Assembly (NCBI GenBank): GCA_002633005.1
Contig: NMRA01000137.1
Span: forward strand, 558,001 to 622,000
Length of the DNA stretch: 64,000 nucleotides
Reading direction: 5' to 3'
From: Phoronis australis
Lineage: Eukaryota; Animalia; Phoronida
Of this stretch, positions 26,514 through 39,420 are shown piece by piece. The position numbers and the translations under genes were made by a program. Below the pieces are notes generated by a model. The model was given only the letters and a program-made list of their open reading frames with translations, was not told where the DNA came from and searched no databases. How positions within the stretch are numbered: the stretch's first letter is position 1; every line of letters begins with the position of its first letter.

Positions 26514-28989
26514 TAATAGTTCTTGTACTTTTTGTACTTTAACTGGATGAATATTACAATGCAGTTACTGTCATGTGTAAATCTGGGTCTGGGCATCATT
26601 TCTGAAAAAAGAATTAGTACAAGTGACCGTGTCCATTTTATTTACTATTGAAGTATACAATGTGTCATAACCTTTATGAATCTTAAATTGCAAAAGACAT
26701 ACTTTGTAATTCATTTCAGTTTTATTACTTATTTTAGGACCTCTCCACCTGACTGTAGACTTTTGAAAATGCTGAATTCGACAACCAAAAGTCGTAATAT
26801 TTTAAAAATGCTCTGCTCAGTGAAGTTTATTAAAAATGAAGTATCCGTGGTATTTGTGTGCATCTGTTTAAAATGTTGTATTCATGGTGTATTGCAAAAT
26901 AGCTATGATACAATCTTAGGGACTTCGGTGACTACAAATAACACTCCTCCTCCGCCCCTGATTGTAGTAGGCCAGTATCTGCTCATGCTATAGGGGCGAT
27001 TAGAAAACATGACATGGGACATCTTTAGTGAATTAGCAAGATTTTTTTGGATTGGAGTTTCCTTGAAGGTAGTACTCTCTGGACCAAGGGCATTACCATT
27101 TTAAAACCAGTTAAAACTGGTGGCACTGCTCATACCGATTAGATGTATGATGCTTGTGTAGATCACACCCCTGACACCGCTTTGTGATGTGAGACTTTCA
27201 GGGATCAAAGCCTTTTTGTGATTATCTCGATAATGATTCGTCATTGACCCTAGATGTGAATCCCACATTTAACTTGAAAGTCGCTTATTGTCCTCAGCAC
27301 AGTGCTCGAGGGACTTTGCCTGTGGTTTAATTTTTTAAAACAAATGTAAACTTTGCTCGTACAGTAATGCGGAACTGTGTTCTTTTTACCACAAAAGCTA
27401 AAATGTTGTCAAGGTTAGAAGCAGATCTTTTAGCCTGTTCAAAGCAAATAACATGACAATCAAATGTTTCAATAGCACTGGTATTGACCTTCAAAAAATC
27501 AACACTAATTTAGCTATCATTATTTCTAATATTTGCAAGATTTTGCGTTATTGAAAAATAATAAAGTTTGAATACTTGCAGTCTTGTTTTTGTGCTAGTG
27601 TCATGAGTTTCGAACAAAAGGTGTTCAAATCACATCCCTGGGATGACGGTTCAATGCTGGAATTGCTGGGACTATCATAAGCTAATCAACCACTGGTAAA
27701 AACACCCCGTGACAGCTTTTCACAAATGAGTACAGGATGACTTCACCTGTTAGTATAGTTGTGTGGTTGGAGAACCTTAAAGTGAAAAGGAAAAGGAGAG
27801 ATGGATTTTTTAGTAGTGTAAGGATATTCATATGGACGGAACTCTTTTTGAAAACGATAAGTAAATGGAGATGTGGATGGACAACTTTTTGGAAAAGTGG
27901 TCTTCAAAATAAAAATTGAGCCGTATTATAAGGCTTGAAGACTTACAGTAATGGGCAATCGTGATAAAACTGTCTGCTAATGGCTCGTCAAGAGTGAGAG
28001 CCCACTATGCAGTTTGCAGTGTAGTTAACAGTATGTTGCCGCTCTGCTAAAATTAGTGGGCATATTTGCTATTTTTTCCAATCAGTCGAGGACCGATCGC
28101 GGATTTCTTTCCAACCAGTTGACCAAAAATTTATGACATGTGCTGTAGTTCAGTCTTGGAAACTATTGCAAGCAGTCAGAACAAGTCATTCTGTGGAGAT
28201 ATCACAGTCTTTAATTAGCGACAAAAAATGAATTACTCAACCTGACTTAATTAACACGTTAGTGATACAGTCACAATAGTATAAAGTAGGATGGCATTGA
28301 AATTAGTCTCTGGAGCAATGGTAATCAAATAAACCACCACCCATTTACACACAAGCACTCAATGATTTGGTCAAACTACATTATCGGCTCAGAATTAGAT
28401 CTGTATCTATAAACAAGACTATAGCTAGTCTCATGAGGAGTTAGAGTGTAGCACTTTCTCATAAGCAGGTGCACCCGTGTTCAGTGGAGTATTTAGGTTG
28501 TGCAGTGGATAGTAGCGCTTAGAATATGGCTGTTTTTCGAAAAATTGCTCGAAGATTTAGGAAGTATAATAAAAAGAAGAAAGTGGTAGGTCGTTTATCA
28601 AGTTATTTTACTGTGATTCATGATTTTCCGATATTTTGAGGTAGAATCAAGTTTCATCCACCTCCAAGTTTTAAGATATCAAATGCTTTAAAAATGTCAA
28701 CTAAATGTTTTTAATGTACGTTTAGCATTACCCACTTATACCAGTGTGCTTGCCACATTGTTCCACTGCTTTAAATTTTACCAAATGTTGTTTGGTAAGA
28801 GTTATACAATACAAACAATGCTGAATGTACAGTATGAAGTTTTCCTGAAAAGTTTCATTGAAAATTTTGATGAAAGGAGGTTTCACCTGCCCACCATATT
28901 GGGTTATAAACTGAAGAATTTTTTACCTCAACAATTATTTAGACTGGAAAAATCATTGTGTTTCCTTTTTTAACACAGTACTAAAAGTT

Positions 28990-29372
28990 TTAAAATGTTG
29001 GTTTTGTAGGACCCTAGAAAATTGTCCTAATTTGGCAAACTTCAGAACATTATATCTCAGAAATGGCTGATCAGATTTGTATGAAACTTTCAGATACCAT
29101 GTTTTATACACCTTTCTCCTAAATGCTGATGGGAATTGTTTTTAAAGTGTTCAAAAATTGGACTTAAGATTTTTATGAAAAACTCTGAAAAACTGAATAA
29201 AACTAAAACGAAATGACTTAGAAAACTGTAACAGGGTATTGGAGATTTCATATTGAGCATTTATATAAGCTGAAATTTGGGCGTGTTATTTATACTGTTG
29301 TTTTCCTATGGATGTACCTTTCTTTTTTGCTAAATTTTGCTAAAAATACATGGTCCTGTAACCCAATTAGTG
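28990..29372 (+). repeat. Dispersed repeat family A, copy 2 (may extend upstream)
   Basis: Similar to 62260-62632 and to the reverse complement of 12145-12510. Confidence 0.65.
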
Positions 29373-29635
29373 GCAGATTGGAATAAAGTCAAACAGGCTT
29401 TGTAGTTTCAGAATACATATACGTTTCCTGAGTTAAAAATCTTTGGTTTTGCAAATATTTGGCTAACTAGTCAGTAAGGGTCTACATAAACCCTAAAATG
29501 TTTTGTGTTGAGTTGTTAAGCACTTTTTTGATAAGATTTATTTTGTTCCTCTGTTAATCTGGTGCTATGTGTTTTGATATGTTAAAGTATGTTTCAATTG
29601 TTGGGTTCTTAAGCTCTATTCTGTTTCTTTTTTAG

Positions 29636-29689
29636 TCTGTCAAAGAAGTGTTCAATCAGAGGTCCAAGGAAAGGATACCAAGTTCACCA
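29636..29689 (+). CDS. 54-nt internal exon of the + strand host gene (frame unknown: SVKEVFNQRSKERIPSSP in phase 0, xCQRSVQSEVQGKDTKFT in phase 1)
   Basis: Strong acceptor CTATTCTGTTTCTTTTTTAG and donor GTGAGT; purine-rich, length a multiple of 3, all three frames open. Confidence 0.6.
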
Positions 29690-30254
29690 GTGAGTCAGCT
29701 CTTTATTGTTGCACTTTTTTGAAAAGCTATATTGGTTCCCCTTTCATGTGAAATTTAGTGGAAGTGATCCTGTTATTTCGTCCGCTAAAATTTTGATCAG
29801 AAAAGTTTTGCATTGAGTCACAATTCACTCAGTATTCCGAATTCCAGTAAAAACAAAAATTCTGAAAAATCAATATTTTCCACTTGTTTTCATTGTGGAG
29901 TGGTAATACTATGCAGTGTGATAACCTATTTTTCTTTTACTTGGGTTGTCCCCCTATTGCTGTATTCAGACCTTACTACAACCGGTGTAGGTTTTTAAAT
30001 AGTTGTAACTGTCATGTAGTCCTTATTGTTTGCACGCACAGTTATAACTGCTATAATCCAAGTTTGCATTTTTCGTTGATAGTCGTCAGTGCTATAGCTT
30101 TCCAATTCATTAGAAATGCCGCGGAGTGAAAAAAATGGAGGACAACGCGTTGCTTACTGTATACTCTTGCTGTTGTATTTAGCTATTGTAGTGGAACTCG
30201 TCAGACTTGATAGATCTTCCAGTCAGCATCAGAAACAATATGGTTAGACTGTGA

Positions 30255-30345
30255 CTTAACACAGATTAACCCAGGGTTTACGGTCCTCGTTGAGAAGACA
30301 ATTGTTATTACCCCCAATGAATTCTGAATAGCCAGCCCTAGAATG
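30255..30345 (+). repeat. Short dispersed repeat with a second direct copy at ~32156-32246
   Basis: AACACAG..TAACC.AGGGTTT..GGTCCT...GAATA.CCAGCCC.AGAATG occurs in both places. Confidence 0.7.
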
Positions 30346-31272
30346 TTTAGCACCCAAAGGTGGCATACACCTGAAATTCTGTTTTGTATATAAATATTGA
30401 GAACATAAAAGCCTTGCAGTGTGTAGATGCCATAAAACAACATTTATAAGGTCCTTTATTACTTGCAGAAAGACAACTAGTTTTTGAAAAATGGAAAATA
30501 ACAATTTTGGCAATAGTTTTTGTGCAAATTAAGTTGATAACTACTGTAATATCACCATGATTCATTTACTTCTGGCAACATTCATACATTTTGCGGTGAT
30601 TATTGAGACTCAACAGACCAATGAAAATACAAGAAAGACCACTGTCTTTACACCTCTGTTCTTTTCACGTCCTATAAATATCACCATTTTTGTACACTCT
30701 GTGGGGGATTCAGATGAAAAGTGTGTTATGAACTCTTGGGAAAATCGTGGGAATGAATGCGAACAGTCCTATTACACCTCAAACAAACGTCTGTGATAAG
30801 TACCAGTGATTGCAAACATTTTGAGATTATGCCATTGTGTATCATTAGTAGCCCGTATTAATGAAAATCTTCCGTGGTAGTTGATTTAATAACCAAGAAT
30901 GAATCACTTATTATGATTATGTAATGATAAACTGCTCGCGAATGAGTAATGCTTGGGTGTTTTAGACTAATACTTATATGCTGAATAACTTAATTTTTGT
31001 AAACATGTTTCTTCTTTAAAGTAACACCTGGTTTTGTATAATAACTTAAATGTGCAATGTTAGAAATTTGTTTAAGTAAAAGATGCAATATTGATGCTTT
31101 GTATAATGAAGGGAACCCATCATTGAAAAAAAGATGAAAGCAGCAAGCAACTGTAAATTTTCTGTCATATTTGTTAGGTTGTGACTAAATTTCTGATATC
31201 CAATGAATATTGAAAAACACCACTTGATATCACACTCTCCGATTCTCCATGTTAAGACATCATGTCACCAAT

Positions 31273-31630
31273 TGCCCATGAGGCAACTCCTACGCTAACA
31301 TTTGGGGTTTGCTACTCCAACGCGTAAGCAAGCTTGAGCCAGACTGACTAACCCATACTAATCCAATACGCGCTGCTGAAGAAATCCTATTTGCTAATTT
31401 CTCATATAATGCATTTATTTTAAGAATTTGAAGATGGCTAATATTTACTTTTCAATTTTAAAAACAGTCATGTTAGTCGCTTTCCTTACATATTGTTGGT
31501 TTTTTGATTTTGAAACTAGTACGCTTAACGTGCCCGTTGTTTACAACTGCGAGACCTCATCAACACACATTCAGTCAAGCAAGTGAATTCCGTGGCAGTT
31601 AATTTCAATCTGCGATGGTGCCATCAAGCG
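31273..31630 (-). repeat. Dispersed repeat family B, copy 2
   Basis: Inverted relative to 14785-15170. Confidence 0.8.
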
Positions 31631-32372
31631 TTTGATGTACCGAGGACTTCACTGGATACACTGGGGTGAACAGTGCATGCTTTCTCATCCACCTGTGTAC
31701 AAATCCTGTTAGCATAAGATTTGCCTAACGTGCAGCGAGTGAAACTTGAACATTTTAGAGTTGTGGTAAAGTATCATCAATGGAGGACTCATGTCGATCA
31801 TTTGGAATTCTATTTCTTCATCTTTGATTTACAGTATCAACGATACTTTGCCATGTCCAAGTTCTGTACCAAAGCTACCATAAAACATTATTTTAAAAAA
31901 TTGTGGGCATTCACAATAATGTGTTTTTGCTACGATCTTTTGTTCTTTGTGTCGATTAGAAATGATTTCTAGGTCTGAGAAGATTTGTCTTTTCCATTGT
32001 GGGCTTGGTGGTGTTAATTAGAATTTTGCAGACAGTTGTAAATCTTGTACATCCCACACAATAGGCCCTTTAAAATTGACAGACAACATAGTGAAATTAG
32101 TTCTTTGTGAACCCTGCTCTTAGTCGCACAGGTGTCCCTGTTAGCCTATGTTTAGTAAACACAGGGTAACCAAGGGTTTGTGGTCCTGCCTGTGAAGATT
32201 GTTATTTTATTATCCACTAGTTTTTGAATATCCCAGCCCAGAATGTCAGACCAGGCCAAGAAATTTGTTTGTGGGGCTGGCTGGTTTTCATGCTATGAAC
32301 ATTCCCACTAAATAAAATTGGTTCTAACCCCGGTGTTTAAGGTACACGGCGGGGTATGGAAAATTGAACTAG

Positions 32373-33197
32373 ACCGTATTTATCCACCTTGGCTGAGACG
32401 AGCTCGGCTCATGCTCAAAGGGATGCCGCCAAGCTGCTCTATTCATCGTGTCACGAGCGAGGATAATTGACTTCGCTCATGCGGATATGATCAGCTGATT
32501 ACAGTCTAGCCTAACAACTGTACTTTTTATGGAGAGAATTTTACGTAGTTTTTACTGTAATATTTGAAAAGAGGAGCGAAAACAAATANNNNNNNNNNNN
32601 NNNNNNNNNNNNNNNNNNNNNNNNNNNNNNNNNNNNNNNNNNNNNNNNNNNNNNNNNNNNNNNNNNNNNNNNNNNNNNNNNNNNNNNNNNNNNNNNNNNN
32701 NNNNNNNNNNNNNNNNNNNNNNNNNNNNNNNNNNNNNNNNNNNNNNNNNNNNNNNNNNNNNNNNNNNNNNNNNNNNNNNNNNNNNNNNNNNNNNNNNNNN
32801 NNNNNNNNNNNNNNNNNNNNNNNNNNNNNNNNNNNNNNNNNNNNNNNNNNNNNNNNNNNNNNNNNNNNNNNNNNNNNNNNNNNNNNNNNNNNNNNNNNNN
32901 NNNNNNNNNNNNNNNNNNNNNNNNNNNNNNNNNNNNNNNNNNNNNNNNNNNNNNNNNNNNNNNNNNNNNNNNNNNNNNNNNNNNNNNNNNNNNNNNNNNN
33001 NNNNNNNNNNNNNNNNNNNNNNNNNNNNNNNNNNTATTCTTTGTTGCATTAGTAACTGGTCTTGGCTAATATTATCATTTTATGGCCTGGTCATCCATTC
33101 AGCCAAAAGTAGTTCCAGAGGTGGCTTATCAGCCAATTATTCACGCATGCTGACTCACAATAGAAGCCTGATAAGAGTGAAGGTGGATAAATGCGGT
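32373..33197. mobile_element. Probable TIR element spanning the assembly gap (family D)
   Basis: ACCGTATTTATCCACCTT (32373-32390) vs AAGGTGGATAAATGCGGT (33180-33197), a 17/18 inverted match. The left part is homologous to the reverse complement of 44385-44638. Confidence 0.6.
32589..33034. other. Assembly gap (446 N)
   Basis: Run of N. Confidence 1.
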
Positions 33198-35749
33198 GTT
33201 CCTACAGTTTCTTGTTTTAGTGGATGTGTTCACGACATGTTGGCCTCCCGTGCATTATGGCCATTAGGGTATAGTGCTCTATAGCCATAAAGCAGAAGGC
33301 CACGAACACAGTGTGCTTTGGATTTGGAAATTGTCTGTGAAGGAAGTATTTTTGAATATAGTTTATTGTGGCTTTGAATACTTTCTGTGCACTATTTTGT
33401 CTCTTGGAAAATTTTCCTGTTGCAAAATATTTTCTTCTAATTTGTTTGGTTTTCTCTTCTTTAAACACCAAGCTATTTCAGTTTGTAAAGATTTGAAGTG
33501 TTTTTTCCCTTGTGTTCAATGTTCACCAAAGGCACCAAACTGTCTTAAAATTTGAACTACGTTCTTGCGTGCTATTTTGGTTGCCTTCTTTATGACTTTA
33601 TGTGAAATAGGGAATAATTATCAATGCGTAATTTTGATTCATCGATGAATTTTCAGTTTGCATATACTATTACAGTTCTTATTTAAGGTTATGCCGTCCA
33701 TTCTTCATGTTGCCTTCAATCTTTCCATTTTCTCAAATTGACCTAAAATCACTGCTGATATTGTGTACAATAGTACGAAAAGGCGATATATGCAATCATT
33801 CTAGACATTGTGCAATTTGTTACTTCTGACATTGTGGCAATAGTTACTTACAGTGGTGCCTGATTTAGAGAACTGGTTTCTTGGCCTGTTATTCAGTGAA
33901 GTGGTTGTACTCAACCAATTTTGGTTGGTAAATTTCTTGTTCAGGTTGTTTGACTGTTCTGGATGACTTAATTTCGAAATTCTTAAGATTGGTATTAGTC
34001 TCTGGTTTTCATAAAATCAGTTGTGAAGTTTTTGATATCCCAAATTTAAAGAATTTTACTTTGAATTCAGCATTTCTCCAGTTGAGCTGTAACTGCACTA
34101 TGATCTTTGAGACTATTATGGGATTGAATTTAACGTTCTTAATGCTTTGCATGCTGAGTGCAGGGAGGAACTCTACATCGTTAGTGCTGCTAAATACCGC
34201 TAATTAGTCTGTCTGCAACTAGAAGGTAAAATCAGATCTTAAAACTTTGCACCTGTGTTCCTACAGATTATTGATACATACTTTCTGTATTTCTAAGAAG
34301 GAATGACGATTAGAGGTATGGATATTATTTCAACAGTGATTTCTACAAATGTACCATGGAAAATTTAGTTTGAGCTTTTTTGTAATTACCAAGTGTTTAA
34401 TAGTTTTCTGTCAGAATATTTGGTAGGCTTTATTTTTTTAAACAAGTAGTTAAGAAGGAAATGTCCTTTGACTATGTAGATACCACTGCTGTTTTTTTGT
34501 GCAAACCCCATATCAAAGTTTTGTATAAGTGTTGTTCAATAGTATTGTGATGTGCTTATTGTGGGCAAATTGTTACCGGTCAGGGGAACAGTGCTTCCTA
34601 ACCATTCCCTTGGACTTTTAAAACCAAGAAATTTCCAACCCTAAAAGTAGTTCTTCCTGAATTGGGTTTGATGACCAATAGTTGCTACAGTAACTGTTCT
34701 GTTAATATAGTAACAGGTGCCAGTGCTGGTGGCATACAGAGTGAAAAACTGAAAAATTGTTGATATCTATGGGCCACATTCAATTTTAGGGTCAATATTT
34801 GCTGAAGAGGGTTGACTTCTTGAGGTTGTTAGCTTTAACCAGAGCTAAAAACAACAAAATCTATTATGTTTTTGTCATTCAATTACAAATCCCCAATTCT
34901 CTCAGTTGGCTATCTGTCATTTGCTGAAATGTAGGCCAGTGACATAATTCCAGCAGTAAAATACCCACAAAATACTATCATGCTGTGTTTGACTGTGACC
35001 GCTGTGTTCAATCATGCTGATCTTGTAAAAGAAATTCTGGATAACGATGTCACTTAAAACTGAAGAAGTTAAAAAAGTCAGGGTTCAGTGTTTTCCTGAA
35101 CATCTGACTAAGTGAACACACTGAGTGATGCATTAATGGCAGCTATGACAGTAACTTCCCATGCCAAAAGAACCATACACAGGTATTGGCTGAATGTATA
35201 CACTGCACTTTGTTTCTCGCAGGAACTGTAAAATTTCACCAACTGTGGATGCAAATAATTGCCAATTGTTTCTCGTTTGCATTATTCTATTCGTCCTTCC
35301 AAATTGCCAACGACTATTACTGCTGTGCTGTGGGCTGCATTACTCAGACGTGAGAAAGTTTGATAAACTCTGGACACTAACCCGTGGATGCGTGATTTGA
35401 AATTTGTTGCCTTCTCGACAATCAATGAGAGACAAAAACTTGGTACCTGGTTTCCAAAAGGAGGTCACTCGCTTTCTTATCTCTGGCACAATGGAGAGTT
35501 CTATTGGCGTGTAATCCAGGATGGCCATAGTTGTGTTGGTTTTTGATGGAAGTTGCAATTCACTGCAGATGAGCGTTTACAAGAAGCTGAGCGAAACTCA
35601 CTAATGAACAGATGGGCAGAATTTGCAGTGTTTAAAAGTGAAAATTCAGAAATCAGTGTGCATTGAGCTGAACATGTGTGTTAACTTCATTGAATAGATT
35701 ACACAAATGTAAATTCACATTTGATACATGATGCAGACAGTTGTTTTTA

Positions 35750-35945
35750 CTGGGTTTGCTTTCTGTGCCGGGAGCCCGATTACAACACGTGCTCTTATTT
35801 TATGTTCTAATCCTCTTGTAGCGTATGATCAGATTTGTGCTCAAGGAATTGACCTAGAAATAAAAAACGACTGATGTTTGGTGATTACATGGCTTGGATA
35901 TGTAAATTTTTGTGTTCTGATGTACAGTTCGCCTGATGTTTTTAG
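35750..35945 (+). repeat. Direct repeat of ~38440-38620; that region also has a local duplication (38371-38433 vs 38627-38689, ~255-bp period)
   Basis: GTATGATCAGATT.GTGCT.AAGG.ATTGACCTA.AAATAA is shared between the two copies; GGCAC.CCTATCC.GCTAGCTGGTGCAAA is duplicated. Confidence 0.8.
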
Positions 35946-38944
35946 TATGGTAATGGCAAACTGGTAATCCCTAGATACTCTCCATTTCATTTGATGAACA
36001 CCATGTGTAATTGATAGTTACACCATAAATACTTTTTGTTTTGCTGTCATTAAAACACTTACTAGTGCTCATGAGTATTCACTGAGGTACGAGGATTTCA
36101 CGCAGGAAACTCGAAAGGGTTTACTCCCCTAGAAGAAGTGTAGAAGAGGTATACGGGATGTGCCACTCTGTGGGTACTCATGCTGTAAATATGTCCTTTA
36201 AAGGAGTAACAAGGATCAATTTCGATAAATCTTTTGAATTTCTCCAGTGTCAAGTGGTCAACAGGACCACTAGTTATATCCTTTCTCACTAAGGGGCTAG
36301 CCTGAGTCAGAGGATGTCAGTAGCAAGGGTAATTAGTTTTTATTATCAGATGATTTCTAAATAGAAGGCCTTTGTCTGTAGCAAAACTCTTCTGCAGGAT
36401 GGTGACTTCCTGAATGCTTGCTACAGATGGGTCCCCTTTAGGTCTCTTGATTTTCCTGCTTCTGTTGAGTACCTGTCTAAAAAGGGCCCCTTGTTGAGGT
36501 CTTAAGCCATAGCATTAACACTTTTGGATTTAATTTAGAAAATTCAAGTGGAAAGAACCCCTAATGTTTGCCAACTCTTCTTATTGGAGAACCTCGGTGG
36601 TCATTCATTGTCATCTTAATTTATGTAAACCGTCTACTGAGGTAAGCTGTTTTACATGGAGGGGGTGGCGGGAACTACTATTGCCATGTTGCGATTTATC
36701 ATAGTACGACTTGTTCCACTTTCGTCACATTTGCATGACATTGGATTGCGAATTTAGTTTTACAATCATTTCATCCCTTTTCTTTTGCTTTAATTGATTC
36801 ACGACAAAAATAAAATAAATTAACAAAAACATGATGGGAATATCGCAAACAGTTTTTTCCTTGACGTTGGCCTGGAACGGCATGCACAAAGTGATTTACA
36901 CTTTGTTCCACTTCTTGACAATAGTGGGATGTCCTCTGGACAAGAACACCTTACACACACACTACAGTATATTTATCCAGGTGCAACTTGCCCTAGTTTC
37001 AGTGTCTGTCTTTACAGAGCTAAGCATGTGTTGTTTTTCCTTTAAAGAAAATGCGCATTTGCTCTTCCCATAATTTTTGTGTCTTCCTTGGAAAATTGAC
37101 ACTGATTGTGTATGTCGGATAGTTTCCCATGATTGAACCGGACATATTTTCAAATTTGTTGCCATGGTAATGCCTTTGATGTTCAGCTGAGAATCTGTTT
37201 GTTATTCTGTATAAATTGCCTAGGGAATGCAGGCTCTAGTATTTAATACAGAAGCAGACATTCAACAATTTTTCTCAACCAATCATCAATAAATTAATAT
37301 CGAATTAAAGGTTTTTGCTGAGATCTCAGTCAAGTAGCAGGGTTACCCTAATTGCGTTAATTAAGGTAAGATTGAGCATTAGAGTTGAGCAGTCGGTTTC
37401 ATCACGTAATTTGATGGAAATGCATTTTCTACATTGGAAAGGCTATTTGCAAAAATTGGATGGAAATTACTCTGCTGGGATGTCGTTTAGTGTAACTAAG
37501 CATGTTAGACTAAGACATAAAGCTAGCTTTAGTTACATTTCTGGCACCATGCTTTAGTAAGCGTATATGTATCCACCTGGCACATGATCAAGTTTGTTTT
37601 TTTTTCAATGATAAACGTTTAACCTGTATCAACTTGCTTTGAGCATGTTTCAAGCTGGAGAAACCTTCATTGAAGTTGGCTGTGTTCATCAGAGCCATGA
37701 ATGTCGTGAAAAAACAGCATCATCTAAGACTGCGGAAAATAACGTAAGTGAAAGACAAGGTTTTCCACTCCAGGGAAGAATATCAGTGTAGAGTAGAAAA
37801 ATGTCGGCCACTGAAGTGGTCAGCGAGACAAGAATGTTGAATTATGGGATAGAATTCGCTGTTTTCGTTCCGAAGATTAGTAGCTGCAAGTAACTGTATG
37901 TCCTGTATTTATGGAGCACAGGTCAGTTGGGCTGCGTAATTTTCAACAAAATGATAGTTAATGCTTAGGACATGATGCAGAAATAATGCGTACTAATGTG
38001 CGCATCGATTGTTTTGACCTGTTGAAGCAGTTATAAAGCCATTGTTCTGTCTAAGAAGCTACAAAAAGTGGTCTTAACTTGATCCTTTCTGGAATGAGAA
38101 GTGATTTCTAGGATTGTAAGTAGTTCCTTTTGAGACCATGTTCAGTGCATAAAATGACACGCTGTGCCAAATCATCGTGCAGAGCCTGGTTTTAAGCAAT
38201 GGCACCTGTCAGTTCTTTTGAAGCTCTGAAATAGCTCCAGTTTAACCAAGGAACAGTTTGCGCTAAATTTCATTAATTGGTCTAAATGAAAAGCTGTTTT
38301 TTTGATGGAATGTGGGTTTATGATCCCTTGAAGGTGTGTAAGTGCACTTGTGTAAGACATGAAGGGAATTTTTTCTGGCACACCTATCCTGCTAGCTGGT
38401 GCAAAGATACTGTTAAGGTGTACTTATGTTTGCCAAAGTTGTTTTTATTGTGTCTGTTTCTTGTGCCCCAGCCCATACCCATTTTAAATCCTCTCATAAT
38501 GTATGATCAGATTCGTGCTTAAGGTATTGACCTACAAATAAGAAATTACTGAAGTTTGGTGATAACATAGGTTTGATATGTAAGTTCTTGTATTTTGATG
38601 AACAATTCGCTTGATGTTGTAGTTTTTTTTGCGGCACGCCTATCCAGCTAGCTGGTGCAAAAATTTTGTGAAGGTGTACTAATGTTTGCTAATGAAATGC
38701 TGCTAGTACTGTTCTTTACGAGTCAAAAATAATTTAATTACTCATGACTTCTTGCAAAATTATTGTTTAATAACCTGTCAGGAATTGAAGCTTCCGGGCA
38801 AACTCGTGTTTGGTCTGCAGTGACATTCTTCGGCTAATTTTTAAGTTGAAGTGAATTGTCATGATTTTTATCAGTGGTTTATCAGAGATTCACAGGAAGT
38901 ATGGGTAGTTGGGCCCATGGCTGTACCGGTGCAACCCCATAAGA

Positions 38945-39420
38945 ACAGGAGGGGGGATACTGGACTATATTTTTGATGAAGGGTGCTCTTGAAAAATAAG
39001 GATACTTACCCATTTTGAGAATGCCCACAAAAAGAACCCATTTTTAGGGCGCTAGCTTGAAAAAGTCGCCCCTTTTGTTGTGTTTCGTTGAAGAAACCGA
39101 CCTCCCTTGTTGGAGTTGGTTCCATAAACCGTATCCTTTTTGTAGAGATTCTAACCAATTAAGCATGAAACAGTTCAAGAAGAGATGCCATATTGTCAAA
39201 AATATGTATACCCAGGTTTTGCAACAACTTTTGAAATATAGTTCATATTTGTGTGGTTGGAAAAAAGCCGATGTTTTATGCCCCGGACTTCCAAAATGAA
39301 GGGAGTTGTGTCAAAAAGGCAACCTTTCATAGGCCAAACTTTGCCAGAAGAGATATCCTTTCTTCAGGAATCTGGTTGTCAACCAAAATTTTATCTTTGT
39401 GAGTGGTGCATCTCATTATG
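38945..39420 (+). repeat. Degenerate repeat beginning GGGGGGATAC with recurring AAA..ACCC.TTTT units
   Basis: Roughly periodic ACCCATTTT / GCCCCTTTT / ATCCTTTTT / ACCCAGGTTTT motifs. Confidence 0.4.

Noticed and set aside
32552-33052. Two long ORFs in the track
   Set aside because: Artefacts of translating the N gap.
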